Numbered from the stretch's first letter, positions 18,801-33,201 are shown. The stretch is 64,000 nt of DNA from Tubiluchus corallicola (GCA_030141605.1 JAQGDQ010002368.1:1-64000); one strand, 5' to 3'. Notes: generated by a model not told the origin, from the letters alone. Made by a program: numbers and translations.

Positions 18801-21203
18801 GCACTGGAGCCACCTATATATAATAGTTTATAGCAGTTGCCCTACTTGCCCTTGCCCAAGGAGGCAGTGCGGGAGCAGTACTGTGCCTTTTTGATGGAAA
18901 AACATGTGGTTATCCATGATTGCCCTGAAGAGTTTGTCCCTAGAAGACATTTGGTGTGCCTTAGATATACCATTATATGTAAGCCATATCATCATTAGGG
19001 TGGCCACAGAAATATGATTGAAAAAATGTACCCTTTTCATAAATGCTGCCCCTGTCCCTGTAATTTGCTACCGGTGCCCCTGGAAACTCGGGTGTTTCTA
19101 GTGAGCAGTTGGGTAAAATGACCTCCTACATCTCGTGATTGGTGGTTGTAAACTGCTAAGGAAATTTTTGAAATTCAGTCACTTTCAGAGCCCTTTTGCG
19201 GTAGTATGTGATGAGTACTTAGATGAAATATACTGGCTAATTTGCCTTCATTTGCCTTATAGTTATGGTGTATATTGTAGCACAATATCTGCTCCTTCAC
19301 TTTTACTAATAAGTTAATAATAATATTATAAAAAAGCAAAAATTCTCAGCATTTAGCATGGCAGCAGTGTTAGAATTTTAAAAGTTTCCTTATGTTAGAG
19401 ACTTGTAAATTTGAATTTATTTGAAATAGTGAATTAAGACTGGCCCCCTCAAAGCAAAGCAGGAGACTGCCATTCCCACAGCGCTTCACCATTGAGTATA
19501 GCAAAAATAACCGCAGTACTGAAATGTTCTTAAGCTTTGAACAGGGTATATTCTTCTGGGTAAATATAGGGAAAAAGTGGTCAAAAATTTGTTGCTCAAC
19601 CAGGACTTGAACATTAGATCTCCTGCATAACAATAAACATCCTTGCTATTAAATTTTTTAATGATCCCTAAATAAGGAGAGCAGTGAATGGGATGAGTGC
19701 ATGTGCATAAGTATACTAGCGAGATGTAAGTAAATAATTAAGGCTCTTTAGTTATTAAGGAATTAGTGACTGTTTTGTGCTCATTGAGCAGGATCACGGA
19801 TTAGTGTGGGATGCTTCCTAGTTTTTGGTAGCTTATTGGATAGAAGTCATAGAACACCTGTCTTATAAAATTCCCAGGCACGAGCCCCGTTGCAAATGGT
19901 TAACGTAAATCGTGCCAGTATTTTGTTCCTAACAGGATGAATGTCCCCTAGTAAATTTATGACTCGTCCGCAGTTAGTGACTTAACTAATTAATTAGCTA
20001 CATCTCAGCAACAATGTCTTTTAAAAATTGAACAAACTCTTGAAGTTTCACTGAGATCTTTTGTCACTTCTTTTTCAATTTGTAATTTTCATTCAGTTTA
20101 TAGCAAATGCCGATGTTAGAAAGTCAATTCATGTCGGATCACTGGTGTTCAATAATGGCACTATTGTAGAGCAGCACTTAATGAATGACATTATGCAAAG
20201 TGTCAAACCCTGGGTGCAGCACCTTCTTAACCAAAAGTACAAGGTTAGTTTGTTTAGATATATACAGTAATAATTAACATTTTCAGCTTCATATTTTCCA
20301 GCTGACGTAACACGAAATCGGGAATTAGGATTTGCTATTTTTTGTGCATTTTAATAAAAGTTATTTATGACATGTGTGCAGCCTCACTGATGACTTTAAA
20401 AATCAGGTTTGAATTTTAATAATTTTTATAGTTATTGTAGGTTCATTTCACTGTTAATTAATAGTCTTGAATTTGACACTATAAATAATTAAGAGATTGA
20501 CTATTACTTTGATTATGAGCAATAGACTTTAAAAAATGGTACTTACCTTTTTGCATTAATTTAATAGCAGCACTATCGATTATTTTTACAGGTTTTGATG
20601 TACAATGGGCAGCTTGACATTATAGTAGGTGCACCTTTAACTGAGAAATTTGTGTGGTCTCTTGAGTGGCACCACACAGCAGATTATAGACAAGCACGTC
20701 GTACGTATTGGCGAGTTCATCCTGATGATGCGGAAATTGCAGGTTATGTAAGAAAAGCTGAAAATCTTTATCAAGTAAGCAAATAGTTTTTCAGTATGCC
20801 TCAGTAAAACCACACAACTTTATCAGTCACTTTACTTCATGGTGGCCTCAAACTACCGATAACACTTTTTGTGACGGCAATGATATTAATTAGAAATTAA
20901 AATTAGTTATAAGCACTTATGTGACAGCAAATTTCCCCAAATGTGGTCTAGCATAATAACCAGCATAGTCCCGGGAAAGTTTTCGTGCATGTCAGTTCAG
21001 GTCATCACCCACCCAATGTGGCTGATAAAATTACTTTCAAAATAGCACTTTTTATGACATTTTGATAAATATAGTTGTCTATGGTGTACAATAACAAGCA
21101 GCAGAGTCCCAGGAAGATTTTAGGCTCATGCCAATTAGGTCATCCTCAGTATGGCATCCAAAAAGAATACTTTTAGGACATTCGACTACACACACGCACA
21201 CAC

Positions 21204-21237
<34 letters not shown>

Positions 21238-22711
21238 GTGTGTAGTCGAATGTCATCTGTGGCATATTGGTCTACCAGAAGAACCAGCATGGCCTCGGTA
21301 AGGTTTTAGGTTAATGTCTATTTTACGTCTCAACCCGCCCACCCTTTCAATGTAGTGCCTAGATAATGTTTTTGGGACATTATACTACATATAGCCATTT
21401 AATGTCTTTTAGGGGTCCCAAGTTCAAATTTTGAGGTCCCCACCCCACTCTATCCAAAAAATGATGTCTAACATGGCGACCAAAATGGTGCAAAGCCGCG
21501 TAACATACAGCGTCATTTGTTTTTTCAGACTTCGCAATCATTGATGGGATCGTATTGTTTTCTGTCTCTGACTTCTGTTTACCACAAACATTTGTTAAGA
21601 ACGTGTCCACGATTAGGTGACTTTTGAACCCCATCAATGATTGCATAACGTATCTATGTACTATGTTACAGTGAACATACTAGGTGACTATTTAATGAAC
21701 CAAATGTCATTCTTTTTTAGTGTATTCTTCTAGAGAATCCCTTCTTAGCAATGCACGCCTGCATTTATCACGGGGTGGGCATCCCACAAATATACATACT
21801 ATTTTCACTTGACAGATCATATCAAACCACCCCCAGGCAAAACCAGCTATTTCAGCTGGTAGATAGTCAATCAGGCTAGGCTATAAACATGTGCAATTGC
21901 GATGTGATATGCACAATAGATCTGAAAATAAGAGTTGGAATTTATCTGGCATAAGTTTTTTTATATATAACATGGAAATTTAAAAGAGATATAAATCATC
22001 CTGCTGTATTTAATACATATAAACTAATTTTTTAATGCCACATTGCTAGCTTTCCAATTTCCTGTCCTTAAGTTCTTTTTAGAACAAAGAAAGAAAGATA
22101 AGTCAAGTTGTGTGGTGGAACCGAAACCTAGCTCTATACTAAAGAAGTCTAAAATGTAATGCTGAACTGACAGAGACGTCTTAATCACATTTTAGATTGC
22201 ACATACATGCACCCTAGGACAGCTATCTGGGTGCATTTTACAAATGGTAACCTGTGCAGTACTAACTGTTTACTGGGGATCCCCAGCATTACTGAACTTT
22301 GTAGCGAAGCACAGTACCACAATCATATAGCTGCTCCCCTCTGCCTAAGCAGTGCGCTTTCATTTTAGTTATCTTAATTAATTAGATTGTCAAACGAGAA
22401 ATTTTTTACTCTACAAATGGAGAATGGATTATTAAATGACAGTTATGATGATAACAGGAAAGATGATGGTCTTAACAATGATATGTGATAATGAATTAAT
22501 TTCATGAGCTGACTGCATGGTGCTTTTATTTACTCAGATAATTGGACTGCAAAATACTATAGGAGTGTTTCAATAAAAAAGTATAGTGTTAGGATGATTT
22601 TTTATTTTTAAATAGGTTATTGTAAGAGGTGGTGGCCACATGTTACCAACGGATCAACCAGAACGTACCCTTGACATGATCGACAGATTTATCACAAACA
22701 AAGAATTCTAA
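12872..22711 (+). CDS. CPVL: Serine carboxypeptidase S10, CPVL/vitellogenic-like
   Basis: Exons 12872-13052, 13505-13623, 14557-14810, 15714-15780, 16443-16565, 17392-17520, 18490-18618, 20097-20243, 20592-20774, 22616-22711. Signal peptide, DPGEPLYLTPYI, LWLQGGPG, YIDNPVGTGFSF, catalytic GE|SYAG, YNGQLD and GGGHMLP motifs. Confidence 0.95.
13903..14447 (+). mobile_element. Degenerate copy of the hAT-like MITE at 54037-54648
   Basis: Begins CAGTGGCG and shares internal blocks (CACTCATTATT...GATAATATTCAAT; AGTATTAAAACAATGGCTAAAAATTT). The right TIR is eroded. Confidence 0.85.
17673..18193 (+). mobile_element. Degenerate copy of the same hAT-like MITE
   Basis: CAGTGGCAGCTCAT...TTACGAACAACCACTG termini and shared internal blocks. 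Confidence 0.85.
21177..21254. repeat. Perfect 18-bp inverted repeat around a (CA)/(TA)n core
   Basis: GACATTCGACTACACACA ... TGTGTGTAGTCGAATGTC. Confidence 0.85.
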
Positions 22712-24450
22712 ATACTAAAAACTCAATTACAGCACGATGACTATTAATATTTTTATAACATGGAAAAATATTTGCGATAGACTGTCACTGATATGTTTAG
22801 TCAAACCTTGTTTGATTAAATAATTATTTTAAACCAGTTTTTTGTAGTACATTATAGTATTATGGTTAATAAAATTGATTCTATTTACAAATCTATCTCT
22901 CTATTTACCTAATATCATTGTGAAAAGTCAGTTGATTAACCTATACAGTTTTTGTTACTTTGCTAGGAATGTAAATGATTATTTTTGTCTGCTAAATATT
23001 GACTGAAAATTATATGCTGGTTTTATAAAACTTGTACATCTTCTTAATGTGATTTTACAAATTTGTTATTCAGTCGAATCGCCAATAATTTGTTAATGTG
23101 TCATAAATCCCATTTTCGAATATTACTGTTCTTTTATTGGTGTTTTTTAGTAATTTTGATTACTTAGATTTTTATTTCTTGTGGCTGATGGATAAAACTG
23201 ACAAGTGCAAAAATTTAAATCTCTGCTTACATTTCACCAGTTTGCCTGTCAAGATAGATGTTAGAAATTTTACATGTGGAAATCAGTGTTTCTCCTTAAT
23301 CACGTGAGGAAGGCTTGATTTAGAGCCTCTTTGTGCTAGCTGCATCACATGTCTAAGTTATATAGGTGGCTATAAATAGTTTTTAGTTCAGCTGCTGTTC
23401 AGCCAGTGAAGAAAGAGGTTTCATCAGAGGTTCACAGAACTTGAGTCACTAACCTGCTGTGCAGGCTTCACGTCTTGTAGCCTTATTGCCTTTGTTCAAG
23501 CTGTTACGGTGATCTGGAGGGTAGCATATAAACTTTGTGCGATGAATCAGCTGTCTATTTGAATGCTGCGTGCACTATGTGTGGACCATTGATGTTTCTT
23601 TGTACGGTTCAATGTGTAGGTATGTATACATAATATGCTCGCATTTACATAAATGAGTAAGTTCTTAAACTGTTTTACACTTGCAGATTTTTACTGCAAG
23701 TGCTTTGTATACTGTTTTCAGTTTCAGGACTTTTTATTTTCAGCTGTTTCTCTATGTAGCTAATTTGTTTTCTGAAATGATCAGAAATGGGTACTAGATT
23801 TTAATGTCCCATAATTAATAGATTGTGGTAACTTTATAAGTAAACTGTAAGCAAATGGCAATAATTGTTAGTAGCTGATTTCTTACATTACTGTTAGGAA
23901 GACTAAGAAAACTTTTTATGGTCATTATTTTAAGGAAAATGGGCTTCATCAAGTTCATGAAAATGGTGTTTTGATATAAAAAGATATTCACAAAATGTAA
24001 AATCTGAACAAGGCAATAATTTAATCATTAGTTAAGCTTTACTGATCTATGTAAATGATTAAGAAGTTATATAATTATGTGAAATATAATAAATTAAATG
24101 TGTTTATAAAGAAAAAAGTTATTGTGCAAATTATAGTCCAATCTGTTTGTATTAGGCGAGCTTGGCATTATAAAGGGGGGATGGGGGTGTTATAACGAGG
24201 TTTGACTATACGCTATAACAGTACCGTGATATTCAAAATTATAAGAGTAAAGTAGTAAGTTTTACACATGCAAATCCTAATGAGAACTTATGTGCTGCAT
24301 AAATAGATGAGAGATTTTGTTTAAGCAGGATTTTGCTTTAGAGTTAAGCTTGAAAAGATGAAAGCCAGATGATTAGAAGGTACAAGTAACTTTAGAAGAT
24401 GCATATCATTGATAACTGTAATAGCAGTTTTTGTTTGCAGGTAGTCTATA

Positions 24451-27032
24451 ATGAATAAAAAAAGTGGTAGTGTTACTTCAGTGTTGAAGCACAATCCTCC
24501 TCGTTTGCCCGATTCTCTCCTCCTCAACATTTTCAGCTATTTGGACAAGCCTAACCTGTGCTGTGGAGTGAGAGGGACCTGTCAGCAGTGGAAAAACCTG
24601 AGCTATGATTTCTCCTTATGGCAGAAGCTTGACATCAGTGAGAGCGCAATAGAGGATGCAGAATTTTTGTCTCTTCTTCACCAAGTGAAAGATCTGGTAA
24701 GCTCATTTTTACAGTTTTGTGCTTGGGTAAGGCCTGCCTGTTTTTTTAACAATGTAGTGAATTCATAAATGTCACAGTATGATCATAGTACTTTTAAGAA
24801 AGTATGCAAGTGTTGCTTTAGCATCCCGTTGAGTACTAATGTTCAATCTGTATATCATTTAAGCAATATTGTTCTAACCTATCAAACCTGGTAGTACCAA
24901 AAGAATTGAAAATAATTTTTATTTGAACTATCTGCTAGAACTCTGTGTGAAATTTTTGTAGGTGGTAGAACTGAATGTCAGTCGTTGTGCAAATCTGACA
25001 GACCATGCTCTTACTCATGCCAGTATCACTTGCACAAAACTGCGAAGACTGTATGTCAACAGTAAGTCTCTCATTTGTATATTCGTGGTTTAAAGAATGA
25101 AAACCTTAAAGTGTCATGGAGGACTGAAATTTGGTGATTCCAAATATTAGTTTGTCTATTTTGTTGGAAAACTTCTGTTGAAATAAACTGTACTCATGTA
25201 TGTAATAAAAAGTCCTATACTAGGACTGTAGGATTGTAGGTTACAGTTATGCGTCATTAAATTTCAATGCTCTTGATGTTGAGTCAGCGTGAGTCACAAT
25301 CTTTTTACTAAAAATTGACAACATATAAATCGGCAAGGGACTGTAGTAAAAATTTAATATTAAGATGTTATGAATGCATGAGAATATCATACTAGAGTAT
25401 GCACATTGATTTTAAATGCCTTTAAATTGCATTAGACCACTCTGATTTAATTATATATTATAACTCCAGTGCCATATTGTTCTTTACATTTTCTGTAAAT
25501 CAGCCATTATTTTTAATTATAATTTTCAGTTTTACCAAATTTCAATTTCAGATACTAGAGTCACAAATGAAGGACTGAAAGCAATAGTTGCCAAATATCC
25601 TAAACTGGAGCACCTGTCTGTGTACATGTGTCCTAACCTCACTAATGTGTATGAACAACTTTCTGAATTAGCATATCTCCAGCAATTTATAAACCCATAT
25701 TTAAGCCCCAATCATCATCCTGAGCCATTTGGCAGTGGCTTTCGAAATATATTAGAATGTTGCACTGACATTCGTGAACTGATCGTTGATGAAACTGAAG
25801 AGCTAAATGACGACACGTTGTCCGATATCGGAAACCTTTGTCCGGGATTGTTAAAATTTCAGTTTGCTTCCTCGCTAAATGTATCAGACCGTGGACTTGC
25901 ATTGCTTGCAAGCAAGTGCACTAACATAACTTCTCTGAACATTGCAATGACTATAATAAGCGATATTGGTGTCGTTGAAGTAGCAAACCACTGTGCAAAT
26001 CTACAGGAGTTGACCTTATCTGGCTGTCCACTGATATCTGATAAAGGTCTCGAAGCCATAGGCAAATGCTCAAAGCAACTTAGATGTCTTGTAGTCAATG
26101 AAGCGCTTACCGGACCGGCAGAAGTCACTGACCGTGGTATTATTGCCATTGCGAATGGTTGTCCAAACTTGGACTCACTGGCTGTGTGCAGATGTATGCA
26201 AGTCACAGACATATCTATTGAAATTACCGCCGGAAAGTGTCTACAGCTTCAAAAACTGTACATCAGTAATTGTAACCGGATCACGGACAGGAGCATCTTA
26301 GCCCTTGTTCAACACAGCATAAAATTGAAGATCCTCGTAGCTCAAGAATGTCTCGGCATTACCGATGTTTCTATCTCTAACCTTCTTCAGAAGTGCACTA
26401 ACTTACAAGTACTGGACTTAGGCGGCTGTGATAATATCAAAAGCCTTACTCCATCTGGTTGTAGAATAGCAAATGAAGTGAATCGGGAATCAAGTCTCTC
26501 GGTGCTCGATATAAGTTTATGCGATGAAATAACCGACGACAGTTTAAAGATGATAGCAGACATGTGTCCCCGACTTGATAATTTCTTTCTGCATGGTTGT
26601 GACAAAATAACAGATAAAGGATTAAAATACCTCGTCAAATCCTGCCCTCTACTTCAGAATCTAGAAATTTCTATTTTTCTTTCGCAAACCGCAAAAGTCA
26701 CGGACGACGCATTCTGCTTTATAGCCAATACTTGCACGAATCTTAACAAACTTAACTTGCGAGGAAATATGAACATAACAGAAACAGGCCTGTGTGAAAT
26801 AATGACAAAATGCCCCTCCCTTAGGAAACTGCAGCTGACGATTGGAGAAGGAAGCATGCTCACAGATGAGCTAGTTATACACATTATAACAGAATCACGT
26901 AGAAAGTGTGTCACGTTATTAAGTGGTGTTAATGACGACTACAATAACATGGACATAAACTTTACCTTTCCACCTCTAGTCAAAACATTCAGAAGACAAC
27001 CTAATAAAAACATTATAGACTTTGGTTTTTGA
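24451..27032 (+). CDS. F-box/LRR-repeat protein (FBXL family, Cys-containing LRRs)
   Basis: Exons 24451-24696 (F-box LPDSLLLNIFSYL...TCQQWKNL...LWQKLD), 24962-25061 and 25552-27032 (many C.NL..L.L..C..ITD repeats). Junctions are GT-AG and in frame. Confidence 0.92.
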
Positions 27033-27280
27033 ATAAGTGTAGAAATACTGGCAGAATTTACCAAGAACAGCACCACACTCAGAAAATTATGCTAAGCGAG
27101 TCAAAAGAAATTTAAAGCAAAATTCTTACATTTAACTAAACTTATACTACGACTCTTAACTACTCACGGTAATTTAATTACTCTTTACTGTTAGACAGTA
27201 TTTCCTTGTAGGTTCCACACATGCTGTAAGTAAAATCTTAACAATGCCCTAGAATTTTGATGTAGTATATGTATGACTAA

Positions 27281-27570
27281 AGATAAGATAAGATATATTT
27301 ATTTATCTCCTGTGAGTTTAACAGTACACAGAAACATTCACATATTTTTAAATTCGGTACAATGAAAAATATTTTGTAGTGTCGAAGGAAATACGAGTAC
27401 GATGTAGTGTGGAGAAAGGGTGGCAAACGACCATACGGTCAACTAAGTCAGCCACCCTTATTTTAGAAATTCTATAGTTTTCATGCATGGCAAGGTAAGC
27501 TAATGGTTGTGAAATTCATTTCTTAAAATTCACAAGGGTGCTGAACACTTGCACATTGTTAGTTTCAGGT
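27281..27570 (-). mobile_element. CR1/L2-type LINE 3' end fragment
   Basis: (TCTTA)n tail on the minus strand after AATAAA, a 3' stem-loop AAGGGTGGC...GCCACCCTT, and a weak ORF2-end-like remnant. Confidence 0.5.
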
Positions 27571-27842
27571 GACTAAAAGTCAAGTGATAAAATGTACATT
27601 TAGGATATTTATTTTATTTATTATAAATTATATAAGTGGTGTAAAGAATGTAAATAGCAATTGGCTGTACCTACTTAGTTGATAATTACTGATAGGCTGT
27701 GATACTAAATGTCATGCTCCACCTGATGCAACAAAATCAGGATGCTTTACACTAATAAATTTCCTGACTGACGTAAAATCCCACTGCACTTCTGTATCAC
27801 TCTATAATGAAATCACAGAATCAGAAAATCGTAAATTGTTTG

Positions 27843-30800
27843 TCATGGAATAGGAACGTCTGCCTTTCTCAAAGCTAAGTATCCATTCACAATATCACTT
27901 GGCAGTGTTCTTATGTGATTAAATTCCATTGATGAATAGTACATCAATTTTGTTTGTGGATCTCGATATTTCCCCTGAAAGAAAGAAATAAACCCACATG
28001 CTTTAAATGCTTGAGAAATGTATTGAATTATAAAATTTTGCCTAGTGCTTGTGATATAAATGCAATGGTGATATACTAAAAATACTATTGTTACTATTTG
28101 CAGGTATTTTTAGAACTGTGTAGTTGTATTTAAAGTGACTGTGAAACTGTAATTTACACAGTGGTGTAGTGGTATGAGAAGAAGATAGAAATTGCAGTAT
28201 GGCAGTTCAGAAGGTAAACTTGTAATTGTGTATGAAACCGATACTGAGAAAATTTTGAAATTTAATCAGTTACTGACAAGAGAACAGATATATCAGTTAA
28301 GTGTCTGCATTTTAGGTGACTTGTTGAACAACCGAACTGGCATTTCTCACCAAGTTAGCACATTTACAACAGTTAATGAGCCTTCTTCATATTTCTTTTA
28401 CGATGCAATTTAAAAACATATGTATTACTACAACAAAGAAACAGAAGTTTGAATTTCCTTTAAATAGTGAAAGCACGCTACTGATTGAATTTTCCCTCTC
28501 AAAAAAGTAAAAGAATCTATGTCATTCCCATAGCACTACACCACTGAAATCGTATATGTATGAAGGCATATGTCTGTTATGCATACTTGTATGTATGTAC
28601 ATATATAGGTGAATGCGTATGTAAGTATATAAATGGATATATAAGTGTATGTATGTAAGTTTAGGTACATTTCACAGAAAAGACAACTTCCCAGAAAAAA
28701 ATTGCCAAAACACTTTTCCCCAGAAAACTCATTCCACAGAAAAAATATTTCCCAGAAATATTTTTTAACAGAAAAATCCTTCATATGGAAAGATCAACAT
28801 GATTCGCTACCACAATCATTCTGATGTTACAAATCTATTTTCTTTCCTTAACAAGTTGATCAAATTTTTTTACCGTACAATTGGTATTAATCAATACACA
28901 TAGCTAAAATAAACTACATTTCATTTTGTATCATCTAACTTTACCTTAAAAATATTTATTACATTTCCTGTGAATTTTATTTTCTGGGAAATGGCTGGCT
29001 CTATTGAGAAAAATCTTTTCTGGGAAGTAAATTTTCTGGCAAAAAAGTTTTCTATGACGTTTTTTGTCAGGCGAAAAATTTTTTCTGGGAAACGAATCTA
29101 CCCCTATATAAATATACAGTATTTGGTATAAACAGATTAATGTTACTTTAATTTAAATAAAGATGGAAACTACTAAAAAGAAACCTTTTTACGTCAATTA
29201 TATACTGACAGCATTGGCAAAAAAACACAATTGCCATATCAAAAAAAAACATTAAAATGCACTCCTTCTGCACCCCTTATAGGCTTGCACTTTGGTACTT
29301 GGATATTGTTACTATTTTTCACCAGAATGAATCTGATAAACAGAGAGTTTTTAAGATTTTATTGAGACAGGTCTTAGCAATTAGTAAAAAAGAATGTGCA
29401 CGCTATTATCTATCTGGTCATTTCGGCCATCTTATTGTTTACTTTCACACTCAGTTTGGCTCTGCTATGCAACTACTAAAGCTAGCTTACCGGAAGTCCT
29501 GATAGGTCTGAATACTTTTTGCATGGTTTCAGTGATGGAACAGCATCAATCGTGCCATCTGAAAAAGAACAGTTAACCTTTAGAACCATGATATGTATTC
29601 GTCACTCTATAATTTCTCATTTGTGTGTGCGTACATGCAGCAAAGCAGAAGCAAAGTTATGACATGTATAACATGCTGTTACATTACTTAATTTACTGAT
29701 TCACTTAAAGTATGCATGATCCAAAAAAAATGTATATAAAATGGTTAAATCTGTAACAATGTTTAGTTTAAACTGTGATTGTTAGTACAACAATGATTAG
29801 AATGGTTACATACATGATCATAAACAATTATGGGACAGTACTAAGTGATAAGCTAACAGGTTTACATACAACATACATGAAAACCTCCCAGTCACGACAT
29901 GTAATCGTTAAGAAGTACAATAGATTAGTGACATTAGATGTGAGACAAAATATACAAGTTTTTTGATGAAACTGAAATTATGACAATAGGCAACAAGTGG
30001 AAAAACATGTGAAAAGGAGCAAATATGGTGAGAATCAGTTGGGAGAGGATGATGCAGGGATACGATAGATGAAACAATGAAGCAGATTATTTATAAATAC
30101 TCAGATAATTGTTGCAAACAATGTTTGAAGAGGATTGCAGTATTCAGATTAGCACAAAAAAACCTATGTACCAGCAAAAAGTTCCAGCCAGGAATGAGAA
30201 TTTAGAGAAGTAGGACCTACAATGTATATGCACTTTTCTACCTTTAACAGGTTTAACACACAGCAGCTAATAATAGATGAAGTCACGTTGGAACAGAAGC
30301 TTACACGTTGGAACCTGAAATTCAGCTCCTGTGAGTTTTTCAGCAGCAATGATTTGTTTCAGACTTTTCCAGGTTTTCACTTTTTTGTTAGAAATTGATC
30401 CACCTCGTGCAGAGTGCTAAAAATGAGTTACAATCATTGTAAAGATAAACATATTTTTAAGATATGTTAAGTAATACAAAATGTTATTATAAAATTTAGT
30501 GCATTTATTTGGCAAATAGCTTAAAAAATTGTTTGCTGCACCCTTTGATAAGAATAATGGTTTCTGCACATAGTCTTAACAAAAAGATTAGTAGGCGTGG
30601 CAATTCAATTCAATTCAATTTATTTTCTCAGCAGTTAAAATTCGACATAATTATTTTTTACATTTCATTGCAGCTGAGGAGCAACAAAAGACCTATTGGT
30701 CACTTGGTCAGCTGCTCCTTATTAAAAATACAAGTTTACTTACAGGCTCATGACATTTTTTAGGTGTTTGTGTATATATCAAAGGCAAAAGCAACAAAAA

Positions 30801-31335
30801 TTAACTCAAAGCATAACAAGGCATAACATCAAGCAAAAAATAAATGAAATTCAATGTAGAGCAAAAAATAATATCAAACAAAAGCAACAAAAAATTACTC
30901 AAAGCAAAAACGCAATTCCACTCAGAATAAAAGGAAGTTATCACAAGCAATGCAAAATGGAATCTAACTTATAGCAAAAAATTATATCAAACAAAATGAA
31001 ACTCAAAGCAAAAATTTTCCATAGCTTAAAGTTATGAAACTGGTGGCCAGAAATATAGTGATAAAGGATAACTTCAGCTGAGCAGTGAGCACTAAACACA
31101 TTTTGATGGTGTCAGACTAAAGAGCTTCAAATGTTTTAATACTAGACTAGTTACATGACACGATTTATGACGTACTTACCACAAAGTTGGAATTCTTAAA
31201 TATAAATGTTGGCTCCAGCTCATTTGCTTCTGATGAAGGCATTAATGTCAAGCTGGCAGTACTACTTGTGCGACTTGGCTGCTTAGAGTCTTGTTGGGGT
31301 GTTTGGCTCAGATTAGGTGCGCTAGATTCTGACAT
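27843..31335 (-). CDS. INO80C: INO80 complex subunit C (Ies6; YL1_C domain)
   Basis: Exons 31335-31180, 30416-30305 (KTWKSLKQII), 29558-29491 (IDAVPSLKPCKKYSDLSGLP) and 27974-27843 (KYRDPQTKL...IRTLPSDIVNGYLALRKA...*). Phases are consistent. The gene is absent from the ORF track because the exons are short. Confidence 0.93.
28662..29104. mobile_element. Foldback/MITE-like element with subterminal repeat arrays
   Basis: The left arm repeats (C)CCAGAAAA and the right arm repeats TTTTCTGGG(A), its reverse complement. Confidence 0.55.
30601..31110 (-). mobile_element. CR1/L2-type LINE 3' end fragment
   Basis: (CAATT)n tail and a stem-loop GGAGCA...GACC...GGTC...TGCTCC. Confidence 0.5.
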
Positions 31336-33201
31336 GCTTGCCTCTGTCTTTAATGGAATAACTTTTCAAGCATTCAAGTTCTGAGAATTTGTAATTAGAT
31401 TCAGATTGATTTATCAGCTTTTATAATTTAAAGTCAATTTACAGATGGGATTTAATCAAACTAATAATGCTACAAACATAGATTATAAATCCAAAATTTC
31501 TAATCTTTTTGTCCAGACGTCAGTTATTGACGTTGATTCCAGGAAACTACTAGAATCTTTTAGTTGAATTGGGAATTGGCCTCCAAAGTGAGACAGGACA
31601 TTTGGGTGTGGAAAAATTGGGCACAGCTGTGTGGATGTCAGATACTTGGTAGTGAGACATTTGGGTGTCAGTACCGAAAACATTAATTGTGCTGTTATGT
31701 CCAATGTGACTCGATTATGGCAAGGATACCGTGACTTTATTTCTGTGTTGCACTACAAATCATGCTTCCTTGTAGGTTAAAGTTTTATGGGAATCCTCGT
31801 CCATTGCCTGATTAGTGATTACCATGTAACTTATAAAGAATCTAAGGCTTATATAATAAAAGAAAGAACAATTGTGTAATTAAAACTAGAACTATAGCAT
31901 AATGTCACTTGCAAGAGATACAGCAAAAATGCTTACATCGTTGATCATGGTATTAATAATAATATAATTCTAATTGATCTAGATTAGGCAAGATCATTAG
32001 GCTAATTGATCTTGATCTAGCAAGTTACTTTTAAGTTCGCAGTTAGTAAAAGCAAATAATCGAGTAAACAACGCATTTTTAAAGGACATCAAACATTTAA
32101 TGAACATAGTTTTGTGATAATACTAGTTAAATTATTGCAATAGTTATACTGCCGCTACATTTTGGTGAATGGATTGCTTGTGATGCACATTTCTGTTTTT
32201 CACTGTTTTTGTGATACACTTGATATTTTTGAAATAAAATGCTACAGTAAACTTACCGTGTCTTCTACTTTGTTCATTTAAAACTACATACACAATACAC
32301 TGAATTGTGCAGAATCAACTGAGTGGTTTTAATTATTATATTATATATTACTGCATATATAAACCCGAATATATTATTTCCAGGTGTAAATTTGTGATAA
32401 ATCTTTGTGATAATTACTATAGTGTACATGTATAGCAAACATAGCTATTTTAATCCTGCATTTATGTGTGTGTGTGTGTGTGTGCGTGTGTGTGTCTTTT
32501 AGTTCAATGTTGTTTCAGTCGGTCCAAAACTCTTAGGAGCTTGTGTATTTTACCTGTATATGCATACTTCGATGTTAAATAAAGATTTATCATATCAATT
32601 ATCATATGTTAAATTTAGTGAAGCGATGATTCCTAAAAAAGTATCGCGAAAATTAGGACAACGATGAGTCATTAAAAATTTGGTAAAAAATAAAAAATTA
32701 CCTATATTAAATTTTGTTGGTGCCAAAATAACTCATGTCCAAGTGTCCTTGTGCCCAAATGTGCTGTACCCAAGAGCCCGAAATGCCATGCACCTTTCAG
32801 AAGCTGTACATTAGGCTACAAATAATTATTTTTCCGATAATTTTGTTACTTAATACCATTGACTTATGATAACAAAGTGAAAAAAGTACTTGAAAAATTC
32901 AAATGGACAATCGGCATTGCGAAATATAATTGAAGAATTAAGACTAGTAAAAGAAATATATATTACACCCGCAAACGTGAAAAAATTAAGAAGTTAATCT
33001 GGAGAATGCTTCATTTCTTCATAAATTTTACTATATACGATACAAATCTACCATAAAAAAGTACGTATGCAAAGCTGGAAAACTTAAACTGGCTACTCAT
33101 CCGCACAATCACAATATCATCATCATCATATGCTCATTATGTCTATTGTAGACTTTGGGCAGACCGAACTCTAAATTAAAAGAAGTCTGAACTCAAGACA
33201 A

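Noticed and set aside
19590-19645. tRNA-like B-box (GTTCAAGTCC on the minus strand), with similar traces near 22110-22180
   Set aside because: No cloverleaf can be formed; at most these are decayed SINE heads.
25687-26914. Antisense ORFs within the FBXL exon, and likewise inside OTUD7 and NDUFA9
   Set aside because: Shadow frames of real coding exons with no independent motifs.
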